From the NCBI GenBank assembly GCA_051294905.1, contig CM119378.1, positions 3,102,001 to 3,166,000 of the forward strand: DNA of 64,000 nucleotides. The letters run 5' to 3'. Source of the stretch: Botryllus schlosseri. Its lineage: Eukaryota. Shown piece by piece: positions 1 to 13,261 of the stretch. The position numbers and the translations under genes are program-made. The notes below the pieces were generated by a model. The model was not told the origin of the DNA and did no database searches. It worked only from the letters and a program-made list of their open reading frames with translations. Each line of letters opens with the position of its first letter. Within the stretch, counting starts at the first letter, position 1.

Positions 1-361
1 GTCTGGCCAAGACCGTTAAGGAGTAAGCTTATATTGCCCGGTAAGTCCTCGTCGAAATTGTTGGCAAAGCGACGGAATGTATTGATTTTATGGGATTATT
101 ATATCCTTCGATTACCGCGGTTGATACATTCAGCGACGGTTGAAACGCCAATATGTACTTCAGCATTGTGGCATTATGTGGCCAGAGTCGTCGCTATAGG
201 TATCGTGTACATTAATTTAGATTATCATTTCATTAAAAGATAGGGTTGGAATTAGCAATATGACGTCACGTGACGTCATGAGGTTCGCGTTCACACAGAA
301 CCTTTCAAAAAGGTTCGCGTTCACACGAACCTGAACCTTCCAGAGGTTCACACCATCCCTA
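1..361 (+). mobile_element. Right end of a non-autonomous hAT-type MITE (same family as 30435-31549), apparently inserted into Gypsy gag
   Basis: 1-361 aligns with 31196-31549 and ends in TIR GTTCACACCATCCCTA; gag-like coding sequence begins immediately after. Confidence 0.8.
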
Positions 362-1780
362 GTGAAAATCCTCCCGCACCTGTCATCGATAAGTCGGCGA
401 TTCTTACCGGATATGTGTCTCCCGACGTCTATTCATTGTTCGAACAGCTAGATACCTTCACGGCCGCAATGGACCTGCTTAGATCCAGTTATCGAAAGAA
501 AAAGAACGTCATTTATGCAAGACATCTGCTGGCCATTGCGAAACAAGATCCAGGCAAATCTATCACCGAGTTCTCACAGGATTTACTCATGCTTGCTCGT
601 GATTGTTCGTTCGAGAATGTATCGGCGGACCAGCACAGACAAGAGGCCGTACGGGATTCACAAATTACCGGTCTACACTCGTCAGCTATTCGACTGCGCT
701 GACTCGAACATGGCGTGTTTCTGGAGCAGGCACAGAAGTTTTCTAGTTCCTATGAGCCGCAGAGTCAACCTGTTCTGAATGTCAACAGCGATCAATCTGC
801 TAATAGTTTCAATTTATCGGCGTTCAAGAGCGATGTGCGTGCCGCGAATACATTAAAGAAGAAGTGCATTTTCTGTGGAGAAATTCACGAAAGAACACGG
901 AAATCCTGTCCCGCGAAAGATGCTTCAAGCTTTCATTGTGGCGTGCGTGGACCCTTTGCGAAAGTATGCAGATTGCGAGTCGGAAGAGAACCTGCTGCCT
1001 CGTTGAACTCGTTAGTCTCTGGCTCGGCACTTGCTGGAATACCCGACTCTCTTCGGTATTCTTGCCTCGACGTCTCCGTTGCGCAATATAACGTGAAGGC
1101 TTTGATAGATTCCGGTGCTTATGAATGCTATATCAGTGAATCCCTATCGAAATGCAGAGAATAACTCCGTAACAACTCGGGTGCATTGAAGCTTCACTCG
1201 AGATACCGGGGTGTAATTACGGCAACGTCAAATTCAGAGTCGTTAAAGATCTCATTGCTGATGTGATCCTGGGATTGGAATTCATGAAGCAGCATGGGAA
1301 AGTTGTATTTGAATTTGGCGGACCATCGAAGGATCTCGTCATTTCGAATGGCTTGCATTGCGCCGTAGCAGCTGCGAGAGTATCCGCACCTCCTCAAATA
1401 TTCAAATTCGTCGACCCTGAAGTGCGACCCGTAGCTGTAAAATCAAGAAATTATAGTTCAGATGACCGGAAATTTATTGCGAGTGAGTTGTCGAAGCTGC
1501 TGCGTGACGGTGAAGTAGAACGTTCGGTGTCTCCCTGGCGAGCCCAGGTCTTGGTAACGAAATATTGTCGGCACAAGAAGAGGCTAGTAATCGATTACTC
1601 ACAGACCATCAATAGGTTTACTCCTCTGGATGCATACCCTTTGCCCAAAATAGAGAATATCGTGAACGACGTGGCAAAAGGAATGGTATATAGCACCATT
1701 GATTTGAAATCTGCTTACCATCAAGTAGCGCTATCTGTACCCGATAGGCCATATACTGCTTTTGAAGCTATGGTGGCTCG

Positions 1781-3445
1781 TTGTATCAATTTTGTCATCT
1801 GCCTTTCGGGATAACCAATGGTGTAGCTGCGTTTCAGCGGTTCATTGATAAATTCATTGCCGAGCACAAACTAAATGGTACTGTTGCCTATCTTGATAAC
1901 GTCACGATTTATGGGGAAAACCAAAAAGAGCATGATGAAAGGCTTCAAGCTTTCATGTCTGCTGCGACAAATTGGGGATTGACTCTCAATCAAGATAAAT
2001 GTCTGTTCTCCTTGTCAAAACTCTCATTACTTGGACATTTAATATCACATAACAGAATCCAGCCAGATCCTGATCATCTTAAACCATTACTCGACATGCC
2101 AGTTCCTAACGACAATCGTAGTTTGAAACGTTTCATGGGCATGATGGCTTACTATTCAAAGTGGATCCCTTCTTTCTCGGGAAAAATCAAACCATTATGT
2201 CAAAATTGCGAATTCCCGTTGATTGGTTTTCAGTTGGAAGCCATTAATACTCTGAAAGCGGACTTATTACGGGCCTGTCTAAGTTGTATTTATGACGATG
2301 AGCCTTTCCAAGTCGAATGTGATGCTTCAGACCATGCCATCGGGGCCATTCTGAGCCAACGGGGCAGACCAGTCGCCTTTATGTCCCGAACCTTGTCTAA
2401 AAGCGGGATCAAATATCCGGCTGTTGAGAAAGAGGCGATGGCAATTATAGAATCGGTCCGAAAATGGGGCTATCTGTTGATCAGAAACGAGTTCCAATTA
2501 ATCACAGACCAGAAGGCGCTTTCATTTATTTTCCGAAAAAGTCATCCGAGCAAAATCAAGAACAGCAAGTTATCTATATGGAAATTAGAACTAAGCTCGT
2601 TGAAATATGAAATTATTCATCGTCCTGGTAAGGAACATGTGGGTGATGATGCACTTTCTCGCTTGTGTTCTATTTCGTCGTCGTCTGGAATGTCGTTGCA
2701 ACAGGTTCATGAAGCCCTGAGTCACCCCGGAGTCCGTCGACTACATCACTTTGTTCGAGCGAAAAATCTGCCATTCTCCATGGAGGACGTCAAAAAGATC
2801 TGTTCTAATTGTTCGGTTTGCGCTGTATTGAAACCGAGGTTTTCCAAATCCAACCAAGTGAATCATCTCCTGAAAGCCACCAGACCCTGGGAACGTATAA
2901 GCATTGATTTTAAAGGTCCTGTTTCCGGACCAAAGCGGTTTATACTCGTTATACTCGATGAATATAGTAGATTTCCATTCGCTTATGCATGTCGTGACAT
3001 GACCTCTGCTACTGTAATCAATTGCCTGTCTTCATTGTTTTCTCATGTTGGACTCCCAGAATACGTCCACAGTGATCGGGGAACTTCATTCCTATCAAAA
3101 GACGTAACGGCCTTCCTGACGCGTAAAGGTGTTGCGACAAGCAAATCAACTCCCTATCATCCAACGGGTAATGCTCAGTGTGAACGTCTGAACCAAACCC
3201 TCTGGAAGGCAATTAAACTCCGCTTAGCTACTCAAAAGTTGCCTGAACGGTTGTGGGAGCAAGTCCTACTCGATGCCTTACATTCGATAAGGTCTCTACT
3301 CTGCACGTCTACTAACTGTTGTCCTCATGATCGATTTTTCAGCTTCGAGCGCAGATCCATGCTGGGTGCGTCGATACCTGATTGGCTACTGAACGGTGGT
3401 CGGTGGTACTGTGCTGCTACGGAACTTTGTTCGCAACAAGAGTGA
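1781..3445 (+). pseudogene. pol: Longest open pol segment (RT C-terminal half, RNase H, integrase)
   Basis: 554-aa ORF containing the motifs above, bounded by frameshifts. Confidence 0.9.
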
Positions 3446-3848
3446 TCCCGAAGTGGTTAGAGTAGAGCTTCTAGATGCTAACCCGAAATATGCATTAATT
3501 CGTCACAGGAACGGGACGGAATCAACTGTATCAGTAAAGGATCTAGCCCCATACGATAATGAGCTTGATTTCCGTTCCACCGAGCCTGCAGTCGACTTGC
3601 GTTCTGCCGAAATCAACAACGACCAGAATGGTTTATTATCTCAAAACTCTTCAGATCATCATTCAAACTCTCCTGTCGATACTCAAAACGACTCCCACGA
3701 TACCTCAATAGGCCGTAACGATTCCGATGCAACTGTTCATGAGCCACCGATCCGAAGGTCAACAAGAGTCAGACGCGCGCCAGATTGGTATGGTGACCGC
3801 ACAACATGACTTCAGTACAGCGGGCTGATCATTTTAGGCTGGGGAGAT

Positions 3849-4091
3849 TGTGGTGTTATATTTATCCGTTAGGTGTCTACCTTCTCTTCATTCCCGCTAG
3901 TAATTATTTCGTGCGTTTGTCTATCTGTTAGTTTATCATTCTGGTGTAGGGCGTTCTGAGAGTAGCATGTGTTTCCTGATTTACTTCTGTTTTAACGTAT
4001 ATATTCTTTGTAGCATAGTCTACACTTTTAGTGAATAAAAGCATAGAAAGCCGTATGTCTATTGGTGGGTTTTCCTCGCAAGGTCACAACA
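3849..4091 (+). repeat. 3' LTR of the Gypsy element (243 bp)
   Basis: Starts TGTGGTG just after purine tract GGGGAGA, ends CACAACA; internal AATAAA near 4034. Confidence 0.75.
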
Positions 4092-4194
4092 AAAAGAACA
4101 ATATATTCCATGTCCAATTGTCCATGTGGCTCTCTCCAAACCATTGGCACACCAAATGCTAACTTTAGTTTTTTCAAATGCTTTACAATCTCAA

Positions 4195-4372
4195 TGTCGC
4201 TTTAATTTTCATTCAATGTGCTGTGAACTCCTCTTCTTTACATCATCTAGGCCGAGGTGGGTGTCTGATCTCAAAGACTACTCCAAGTCGTTTCGACGCC
4301 TTCCTATCTTTTCATCGTATCGCAGTCTTGTGATGATTTGAAAGGAAGAAAGATTACTAAATTGATACTGAT
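4195..4372 (+). mobile_element. Diverged 3' UTR fragment of the CR1/L2-type LINE family
   Basis: Aligns to about 43580-43740 (ctaggcc-aggtgggtgtc...ttttcat-gtatcgca). Confidence 0.7.
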
Positions 4373-4939
4373 ATCAAAAACTAGATCTAGAATACTTACC
4401 TTTTTGCATACTTATAAAAAGTTACTTTTACTTCTATTTGAGTAGAAATTGACGCTGTTACTTCTGCTTGAGTACCTATGGTAAATACTTTGACCACATC
4501 CGATGACGTCATAATGGTTATAGCTATGACCCAACAGCAAGGAATACGTTCCAGAACAGGCTGTTTTTAGCACCGAAATGCAAAATCTTAAATCACATAT
4601 TATAAAAAATCGTGACGTGATAGAAAAAAATCGACTTCATATTCGTAATCATCGTACGAAAATTGACCTAATAGTCATCAGTTTGGCCAAAAAACAAAAC
4701 TCATGTCGGCCAGTGTTATGCGTCACTCCCTATTTGGATTAAAATTATTGAATTTATGAAGCAATTAAAACATATCGGTTAATATCTTGACAGTACTTTT
4801 TGCAAATGATGTTTTCTCCTTAACACTTAGCCCGCTGCAAACCGAACAAGACTTATCCAAGTAATAATGTTGATATGATGCCCGAGATGTAGCAGACTTA
4901 TGATTTTTGACATCTTGCGGTAAATGTTGAATTGATTAG

Positions 4940-5812
4940 GCTGGACGAATAAAACTTCACTCCAATGCAGATTATTCACTTTTGTTCAAAGGAATCAAGA
5001 TTCGCTTTCGACAGAGTCCATTGGATCTCTCATTTAACATATTATTTGAGACTTTTTGAGCCAGAATATATTGAAATACCCGATCAACTTTTGTACTCGA
5101 CTGTGGAAGACTTGCGAGAAATAGCACAGACAAAAATTGAAAAGGTTAGTTTCAGTGAATTGTAGTCCTTGGACATTGACATATCAAATGAACACAAATT
5201 CCTGTTTAGATAACCAAAATGTTGCTTGATTGTCATGATGAGAAAAGTATCAATTGGTCATTGATCGAAGACTCGGTCAAGAAATACAAGGTCAGAATCC
5301 AGATTGAATTACATTTCCATCACTTGAATTTCTATTCCTGCTATAGGTTGCACTCCTGAATATTGTTGTGAATGGTGGGGCTTCCACTGGAGATTCAGAC
5401 GATATTTTGAAACACTGCAATGATATCTCCAATGTTGGTGCTTGCGTTATTATTCATTGGATGTTCTGTGCTGGAAATGCGCACGACGTACAGGGCATAC
5501 TCGACGCTTGTCTGCAGAAGAAAGTAGTATATATCGTAACTGGTATCACATACATATTCTGACGGCTTACTCTCAACGCAGATGGAATTAATCAGATGTG
5601 TATTTGACTGGCGATATCGCCCATCAGTGGATGGCATTATCGCTATCGCTCGCAGTGTGCAAGAACTGACGCTGGTATACTTCGACGAAGATCATATGCT
5701 AGAAAAAGAGGAACTGAGAAGAGTTCGTGATATTTCAAAAGATCATGGTACTCGGCTGGAATTCTTATGCTGTGAGTCAATCTCGTGCATACGGTGGTAT
5801 CCTGTTGCTTAA
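4940..5812 (+). pseudogene. Spliced coding remnant of unknown product
   Basis: GT-AG introns 5145-5209 and 5291-5347 join in frame (…TKIEK|ITKMLLDCH…KKYK|VALLNIVV…); frameshift near 5540-5560 into SDGLLSTQMELIRC… and an upstream in-frame TAA. Confidence 0.4.
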
Positions 5813-8800
5813 GGTTTGGATTATAGTATTGAATGCGTTGCATTTATAACATAACTGGATTCAAAAAAGATTTAGAACAATCAGATGCAATGATTGGTTA
5901 TCATGTTTATTCTATTTGTTTCGATGGTTTTGAACTCTGAGGACAATTTATTTTTTGAAGCCGATATAATAGCCTATATTATTACTGCATGATGGAGTAT
6001 TCAGTTGTTTTATTGGCTGTTATAATGACTGTTATGACTGCTCTGCAGTTCAATTCACAACATGGCATCAGCAGTTGTTGTGGTGAAGAATATTGTTCTA
6101 CTTTGAGGAATGTTCGTCTTTCAGGTCAACGCAATAGTCGAGATGCCTGGTGGATGCTGGACCTGAAACATCTCTAACCATAGACGTCGTGACTATCAAT
6201 GCTCTGACGTCTCCTTCAAACTTCCACTTTCACAATTGGAATCAGTCCCCGTTAAATCAACAATGCCGTTTTATTAAAAACGGGGATAGATATAGATATC
6301 CCTGATTGAGAACATCCATAAAGGCTTTGAGTCATTGTTGAAATTATGACGATGATGCGGTAAACCGAATATATATACTCCAATAAGCAACCTAAATCTG
6401 CACGTATTCAAGTCACGTTCAATTGAATGAACCTTACTTTGTATGTGAAATGATTGTATATGTCAGGGGTTTACAATTTGTTCAATGACCTGAGTTTGTT
6501 GCCGCATCGGGCAATTTCCCTTCCACTATTCGCAATTGCTGTATGTCGTGTCATGTCAAACTTTAGTTACGAGAATCTTCGTCATTGTAAACAATTTTAT
6601 TGAGGGGTTGGCCTTAATACTACTAGAAACCCTATGTGCCGCCCGTGGTCTCAGTGCGTTATTTGTATACCTGACCCTCTCGTCAAACGGTGACACCCCT
6701 CCCTGGGCATATCTAACACTAATTACAAATTGTGTACTTTATGGATTAATGTCGAAAGATTATGTATCCTCCCTATGGGAATATTGTAGTGTGTGTGCGT
6801 GTGTTGTGTAGCCTACGTATAAGGGAAGTTTAGAATTAATGATACGTTTGATCAAAATAAAATCTTCCAAATTGCATTGCTTTCAATGATGATGTAATTG
6901 TCGACAAAAACTTGTACTCTAGCTCTCATACTGGTCATGTAGTATAAGCGACTCGTCGAAATCCAACGAGGGTATAGTATGCTTTGTAAATTAGTTTGCC
7001 AATCTGGATACAGTGGTTTTGAAAACCTCGTGGATGAAGCATTAGCGATAGACATATACATTGGAGATCTCAATAAATGAAATGATTGCGTTGAAATTGT
7101 GAAATAATCTGGATTTGTTGTTGTGTTTAGTTATTGACACTTTAGCAGACATGAGTCCAGACGTTTTAAGTAAGCACCTTTACGAGAAGTGGGTAAAAAG
7201 ACTCCTCCTATCGCAAGCTCGTGAAATACAGACTCTCGGAGCGTCGCAAAATATGCAGAACAAAGGGGATAATTGCACCACAACTCATATATACACTGTG
7301 TAGCCAGTGGAGGTCCATGGCCCTCTAAAAATCTTTTGATTTTTTTTGTTAATTGACATAAGGTGGAGCATTTTTGAGCAGATGTATATAACTTGCGCTT
7401 GCAATCTGAGTCCAACGGTATACAAATGCGATCAGCGGAGTGAAATATTGCGACCCGTGAATAAATGCAAATTGGGACTCGTGCGCGTCTAAAAGAAGTT
7501 TCTCATTTGATATGTTGTGGTACGTGTGAGCGATCTATTGATTGGCGACAACTTTCTCCGGAAGTCACGAAATAACAGCTTGCTTCAACTAAGTAAGTAA
7601 GTAATTACAATTAACCCGTCCGCGTTCGTTCATCCTCCAGAAACTCCTGAATGGTCTTACCGTGCGGTATCAACATATTGCTGAAAATTTATTATTACGT
7701 GCCTTCTAAGTCTTCGAAGATACCGCTTCTCATCTGATAATGATAACATATATGCAGGGTCGATACACTCCCAGCCCAAAACGTCCCAATTGGGAAGGAG
7801 ACGAGCTCGTTCATAAATACACATGAATTTTTAGCGTAGTTTTTTGGTAGAATCATTAAACTTGTAAATTTATTCGCTCGATTTAAAATGTACATGTCTT
7901 GATTTTAACATGAGCAGGCCTTCAACAAAACTTTAATTTGGTCTAATTTATATAAATAGGCAATTCGGCACCGAAAATGACCGATACATGTTAGTTGAGA
8001 CCTTAGATATATTTATATGTGTGTAGTCCAATTATCAATTGTTCATATTATACGCGCCTAAGTGGTCGTCTTACTTGACAATGAAGTTGGGCTTTCGAGT
8101 AGCTGTGATTTGGGGGTTTTGGGCCGAAGCAGCTCCACAAGGTCGGTCGATCACCCTATGGGTGCCCAAGACCAATGCAAGTAACAATATTATCGACTAA
8201 ATTCATCCATTAAACTCGGCTCACCACCAACTTTGTTTTCTGGCTACGCCTTTGCATGTATATCGCAATATATGTTTATCATAAGATCCTATCAACGGAA
8301 AGCTCGCTGTGTTTGTAAGACTAAAACCAGACACAATATAAATTATACCGCTCATCCATTGGATCACGAATCAAGGCTTGTGGCATTGTACGATTGACTC
8401 TAAATCAATCCTTGCCAACCTTTTTGGGAATGGTGGACCACATTCCACGCAATACACCAAATCTGTAGTAATCCCAATCGGAATAAGAATATAATGGGCA
8501 ATTAAGGCTGTATATAAGGTACAGGACAGCTTATATTATATATTTACAAAATAACACCAGGCAATTAATGCGAGCGTTTCATATAAATTTTCTCGGCCAG
8601 TTGTACGAAGCGATGCAGTAGCCTTGTTTTGAGTGCTCCTCTTATAAGCGTATCAACCCTTTCTAGAATTTCTCTGACATAGCAATTCGGCAATATATTC
8701 ATGCTGTATAACATATCAGAGTTGGAGAACAAGAATATTTTCATCTTTTCCAATAAGATTTGAACTGGAATTACAGCTATGTAGTTTTTTTTTCTTCAAA

Positions 8801-9390
8801 TTAGATTAGAATTATAGCTAAGCAGCATTTCCTAATTAGATTAGAACTATAAAAATTACTGAATTCGCGAAAACTTGAAAATTTTATCAAGATCTGTTCA
8901 TATCAAATCGGGGTTTATTCTCATAAGCATGAGAATGGCCAAATGTCTGCAATGTCAGCAAGCTTGGCTGGTTTTGTGCTAGCAGTTCTCATGCAGTAAT
9001 TTTCGGTAAAACCAGAAATTACATTTGAACTAAAATTAGAGCATCGAAAAAGCCGACATCACCCTCCAACGAGTTAATTGGATAACTAGGATTATGTAGT
9101 TGCCCAAGTCTTGTAGTACTATCTACTATCATTTTATCATGTCGAATGTAGGGAATAGAGCAGTGGTTTCGTAAATTTCCGGTTTGTGGCAGATTGGAAA
9201 AAATATAAAACTCTTGCGGCACGCTTGGACCGAGAAAAGATGCTTTAAAAAAGATCGATTTGCTTTTTTTATTACATGACCAGAACATATACCATTAAAA
9301 GGAAGCTGAATTGTTCACTTACCCTCATTTTGTAATAAACATTCGTAGATATTGTTGATATACGCTGTTCTTTTGAATTCTCTACTAGTT

Positions 9391-9438
9391 GCTGACGATT
9401 ACCCCTGACGAGTGTCAGCCGAAAATATTCGGGTTCAT
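9391..9438 (+). ncRNA. Minimal type I hammerhead ribozyme, copy A
   Basis: ACCC-CUGACGA-G(UGUCAGC)C-GAAA-AUAU-UC^GGGU: full consensus core, stem I ACCC/GGGU, palindromic stem III AAUAUU; predicted cleavage after C9430. Confidence 0.75.
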
Positions 9439-10440
9439 TTCAATACCAATATACTATTCAATTGTAGATTGAAGTTCTGTACCTCCAAGAAGCTATCCGT
9501 AGATATTAAAATGATTTTTGGATATGGCGAACAATACCCGCATCTTGTCATTAATTCCGAGCAGTGTCTCTCGTTTACAGCTTTTAACATCACTCTAAAA
9601 AGAAAGCTATGTCCATGTCCACATATCCATGAACATGCACATTTAATCACCTATTAATTGTTTCTGCACCGATTATGGAATAGGATTTGCTAGCAGACAG
9701 CTAAAAATCACCAATTATTTTTTGAAGAAATAGCTTTGATTGTTCGTACATCAATTAGCTGCTCTTCTGCCATAACTGATTTCATTGTCACTTGTGCTTA
9801 TTTATCGGCTGTTGAAGAAGTTAAAACATCTGTAAGTCGCGTATAATAGTCTCCCGGCCTTTTTTCAAAATATTTATACAGTTCTTTTTTAATACGTTTT
9901 CGTTTTTTTATCCGAAAAGGATTGAAATGCCACGAAAAAAAAACATTAGAGTTTCGTAAAAAATCGAGAGCCGAGTAAAAGTAATGGTTTTTTTTAGTCA
10001 ACACAATACTATCGATCGAAAAATGTTCAAATTCATCAGTTTTCTTGGAGCTTTCAGAATTTATAAAAAGTGTCCTCTTTCCGGGATCTCAAATATAGTA
10101 TATAGGAGTTTTGGGTAGTGGGGAATGAAGACTCGGAATGAATCTGCAGTTGGGAATAAATACAACAAGGTTTGGAACCCCTGATCTAAAGGCTGAAGTC
10201 TGGCCCAGCTGAATTAACGTTAAAGGGCATTCAGATCAAGTGACTTCCATAGCGCAGTCAGCGTACGGTGTATTCCCGCGTACCGACTACCGACGAAAAT
10301 ACCCGAAGTATTTCATCGGAATATCGACATAGAAATAGTCGGTGCGATAACTATACCTAAGCAATTTCGTTATTGTGCTCGTCTGGGTGTCATGTCCTGT
10401 AAAATATGCGGGTATTTGAAATCGTCAAAACCAAATAGAT

Positions 10441-11560
10441 TCCTGGTTTCCAACCTTTTTGCTGTCAAGGACGCCTTTAGACTAATCATTAAATCTGCTG
10501 ACCCCTACCTGAATTTTGCCTGAAACTCAATGAACATACCAACAACTATTGTAATAGTTATGCTACTTAACTACTGTACTGTATAAAATTGTTGTTGTTA
10601 AATAAATAAAGAACAACAACAGAACGAACGAACGAAAGAACAAAAGTTGAATATACCATTGGCATAAAATCGAATAAACAATTGGCATGATACTAAAATA
10701 AAGAAACTAGGAAAAAATGGTGAAAATATATAGATAAAGACAAGATTGGCTGACGACCAACCCGATACATCTGCACCGTAGGGGAAGAGAGACAGAAGTT
10801 TTTAGCCGGAGTTTCGCCTCTCACTATTAGTACTTGGTCGCCCGTCGCTAAGCGATTTTAAAAAAGGTGACCCAAAGCGCCATGCCGAAACGTTTTCAAC
10901 TTAAGCAAATCTAAATTATGGGATGTTGTTCCCTTTCCTGAACTAAACCGCATGCTTTCTATTACGTAATAGTAGGGTTACCATACGTACTCTTTTAATA
11001 GGATTTGTCCTCTTTTTTGACTATTTTGAAAGTGTCCTCGGATTTTGGATAAATATAGGGTGAAATCCGACTGAGATACAGTAAATCAGCGCTGAAGTAA
11101 CGCCCCGGCAGCTATTTCGGGAGCTGAGCCGCAAAGCTGACCTTTTTTTAGTCAACCAACGGATAATGTGGAAGAAAAACTGTATTTCGGTAGTTACTCC
11201 GGTATCGCAAGTTTGAACATTTTGAAAAAGTGTCCTCTTTTCAGATTTTCAAGATATGTTAACCCTAAAATAGACTAAGGCAGGCAATCCTGATTGGACT
11301 GCAATCGACATGGGTTGTGATAGATAGGCCTATATAGTATTGCAGTGCAAGATGCATCAGCATCAATTTACCTTAAATCTTGCCGGTACAGATTATTCTC
11401 ACAAGCTTCAGTTTGACACATGTCCATTGAACGAGAGAAATGAAAGTATAAAGATCGCTCTTCGTTTTTTCTCAAAAAAATTCAACAAGTTAATGACGGA
11501 ACCCAAAGTGCTTTCACACGAATCCGCAAGGGTTCCGTGGACCCCAGGTTGGAACCACTG
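10441..11560. mobile_element. hAT-type MITE with a nested TAGGGTTACCAT-family MITE (10973-11267)
   Basis: Perfect 8-bp TSD AAATAGAT at 10433-10440 and 11561-11568; imperfect TIRs. Confidence 0.7.
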
Positions 11561-11912
11561 AAATAGATGGAATTAGTAGCCTATACAGCGCATGTTAAGA
11601 TCAATGCGTCAATATCTCTTGCGCGAGGAAATGTATTCATTCTGAAATTGCGTTGAAAACACCCGAATACCATCAACAAAATTGGTTTGTGTTGGCCCGA
11701 TTGACCTTACCAGGTGTTAATATACATTTTTGGATTTCTGTATAGTCCATAATCGGCAATCTCGATTTCACGGTATTGCCCCAATGCAGCGAGTAAGCGT
11801 AATGAGGGTGTGGACGCCATACGCCTTGATTGAACATCACTGTATGCTCTTGTTTATCAGATATTTAGATGCGGGGTTTAATCATGCTGAGATGTTGACA
11901 AATAGCCATATT

Positions 11913-12470
11913 GCATGGGTTCTTCTGATACTCTTTAAATCCTTAATCCATTCGAAGTTACATTATGGCATCCTCTGCTGGGGGCTGCCAGTAAAACAGC
12001 ACTCAAGCCGCTGCAAAAACTACAGCATAAAGTACTCCGAATCATAGCTATAGGGCTCCAAAGGGGCCTGGCTGCCCATCCACCGAAAAGATCATGGCTC
12101 TGTCAAATATGCCGGACCTGATGTGTGGAACAGTATCCGACAGTCGACGAGCATGTCCACATTCAAGTCGAAATACAACCAATTACTGCTAAATAAATAC
12201 AGTCCATCCTCAAGATTACCGGACCACGACTGACCTATCGAACTCGCTTCCCATAACATGCCGCCCTATTTCTTGTCGCTTTCTTTTCTGTACTATCTTC
12301 TTTGCTTTTATTCAGTGTGCATGCCTCCTCTTTACATCGCGTAGGCCAAGGTGGGTGTCTGATTACATAGACTACTCCAAGTCGCTTCGACATCTTCCTG
12401 TCTTTTCATTGTATCGCATTTTGTGGTGTATTGAACTGATAAAAAAGATTGCTAATAAACCAATGATGAT
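11913..12470 (+). mobile_element. 5'-truncated, internally deleted copy of the CR1/L2-type LINE
   Basis: Near-identical to about 42986-43741 with deletions; ends TAATAAACCAATGATGAT. Confidence 0.9.
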
Positions 12471-13261
12471 ATACAACTATAAATAGATTTCCCGCGTCAA
12501 TTCTGCAAAGGGAAACGTTTTGCAATACTGTGAGTGAGTATGTTCCAGATGCGTTGCTGTCAATAAAGAATTGGCATGGTGTGTTCATTTATTACTACTT
12601 TATTACTACCACCCTCGTACGAATTTCATGCAAACTCGAATACGCCGTGCATTAACAATGCGTCTGTACAGAAAACAGTTACTGCAAAATGTGCACTTGT
12701 ACAAAATGGATTGCATATATTCCACAAAATTACTGATGTGACAATCATTCGAGAACAGTCGAGATCTACGCACTCACCGAGCCGCCTAAGATGGCGGAGC
12801 ACGATGATTCGTTGGTTCGATCACGAGATGTATAATCTCTAAGATGGTGTAACACCAAGCCTAGTTATAGATATATATATAAGGCAGCCCAATTTATCTT
12901 CAACATAGCTTCATCATGATCTTGGCGAGTGCCACCGCGAGAATCCGTTTTTCTTGTTAAGCACTGTAGCTGCGCGTCTTATTTTGTATAATTAGGAATA
13001 CTTAGGCCTTCTATAGAAGCTAAATTTTGTGCAGTCGGGTTGTATTGCCCAGTACATTATACGGATATTTCGAAATCGTATAATGCATTGTGATAGGTTA
13101 CGAAGTTCCATTTACTATACTCATAAGTCCGCACTTATAGATTGGATGCGCAGCATTGAGCATGGCTGACGAGTTATTTATGAGAGATTCGTCAAACGTT
13201 ACTATCGTTTATGTTATGTTTTGGAAAAAAGCAAACGTACTTATAATAGATATTCTCAAAA

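Larger units (their letters stand above)
362..4091 (+). mobile_element. Degenerate Ty3/Gypsy LTR retrotransposon (gag-PR-RT-RH-IN and 3' LTR); 5' part outside window
   Basis: Decayed Cys knuckles (CIFCGEIH..C; FHCGVRGPFAKVC), protease ALIDSGA, RT (IDLKSAYHQ, LPFG, YLDN), RNase H (CDASDHAIGAIL), integrase H-H-C-C and DDE (IDFKGP, SDRG, ERLN) in Gypsy order; stop at 700-702 and frameshifts near 1160-1260, 1780, 3396. Confidence 0.95.

Noticed and set aside
6040..6330. Possible ancient non-LTR RT fragment on the minus strand (QG…LSPFL, HLDY)
   Set aside because: Too decayed to support without a search.
12782..12885. YY1-like AAGATGGCGG and TATA-like run upstream of paralogue 1
   Set aside because: Short motifs not clearly conserved upstream of paralogue 2; no transcription start data.
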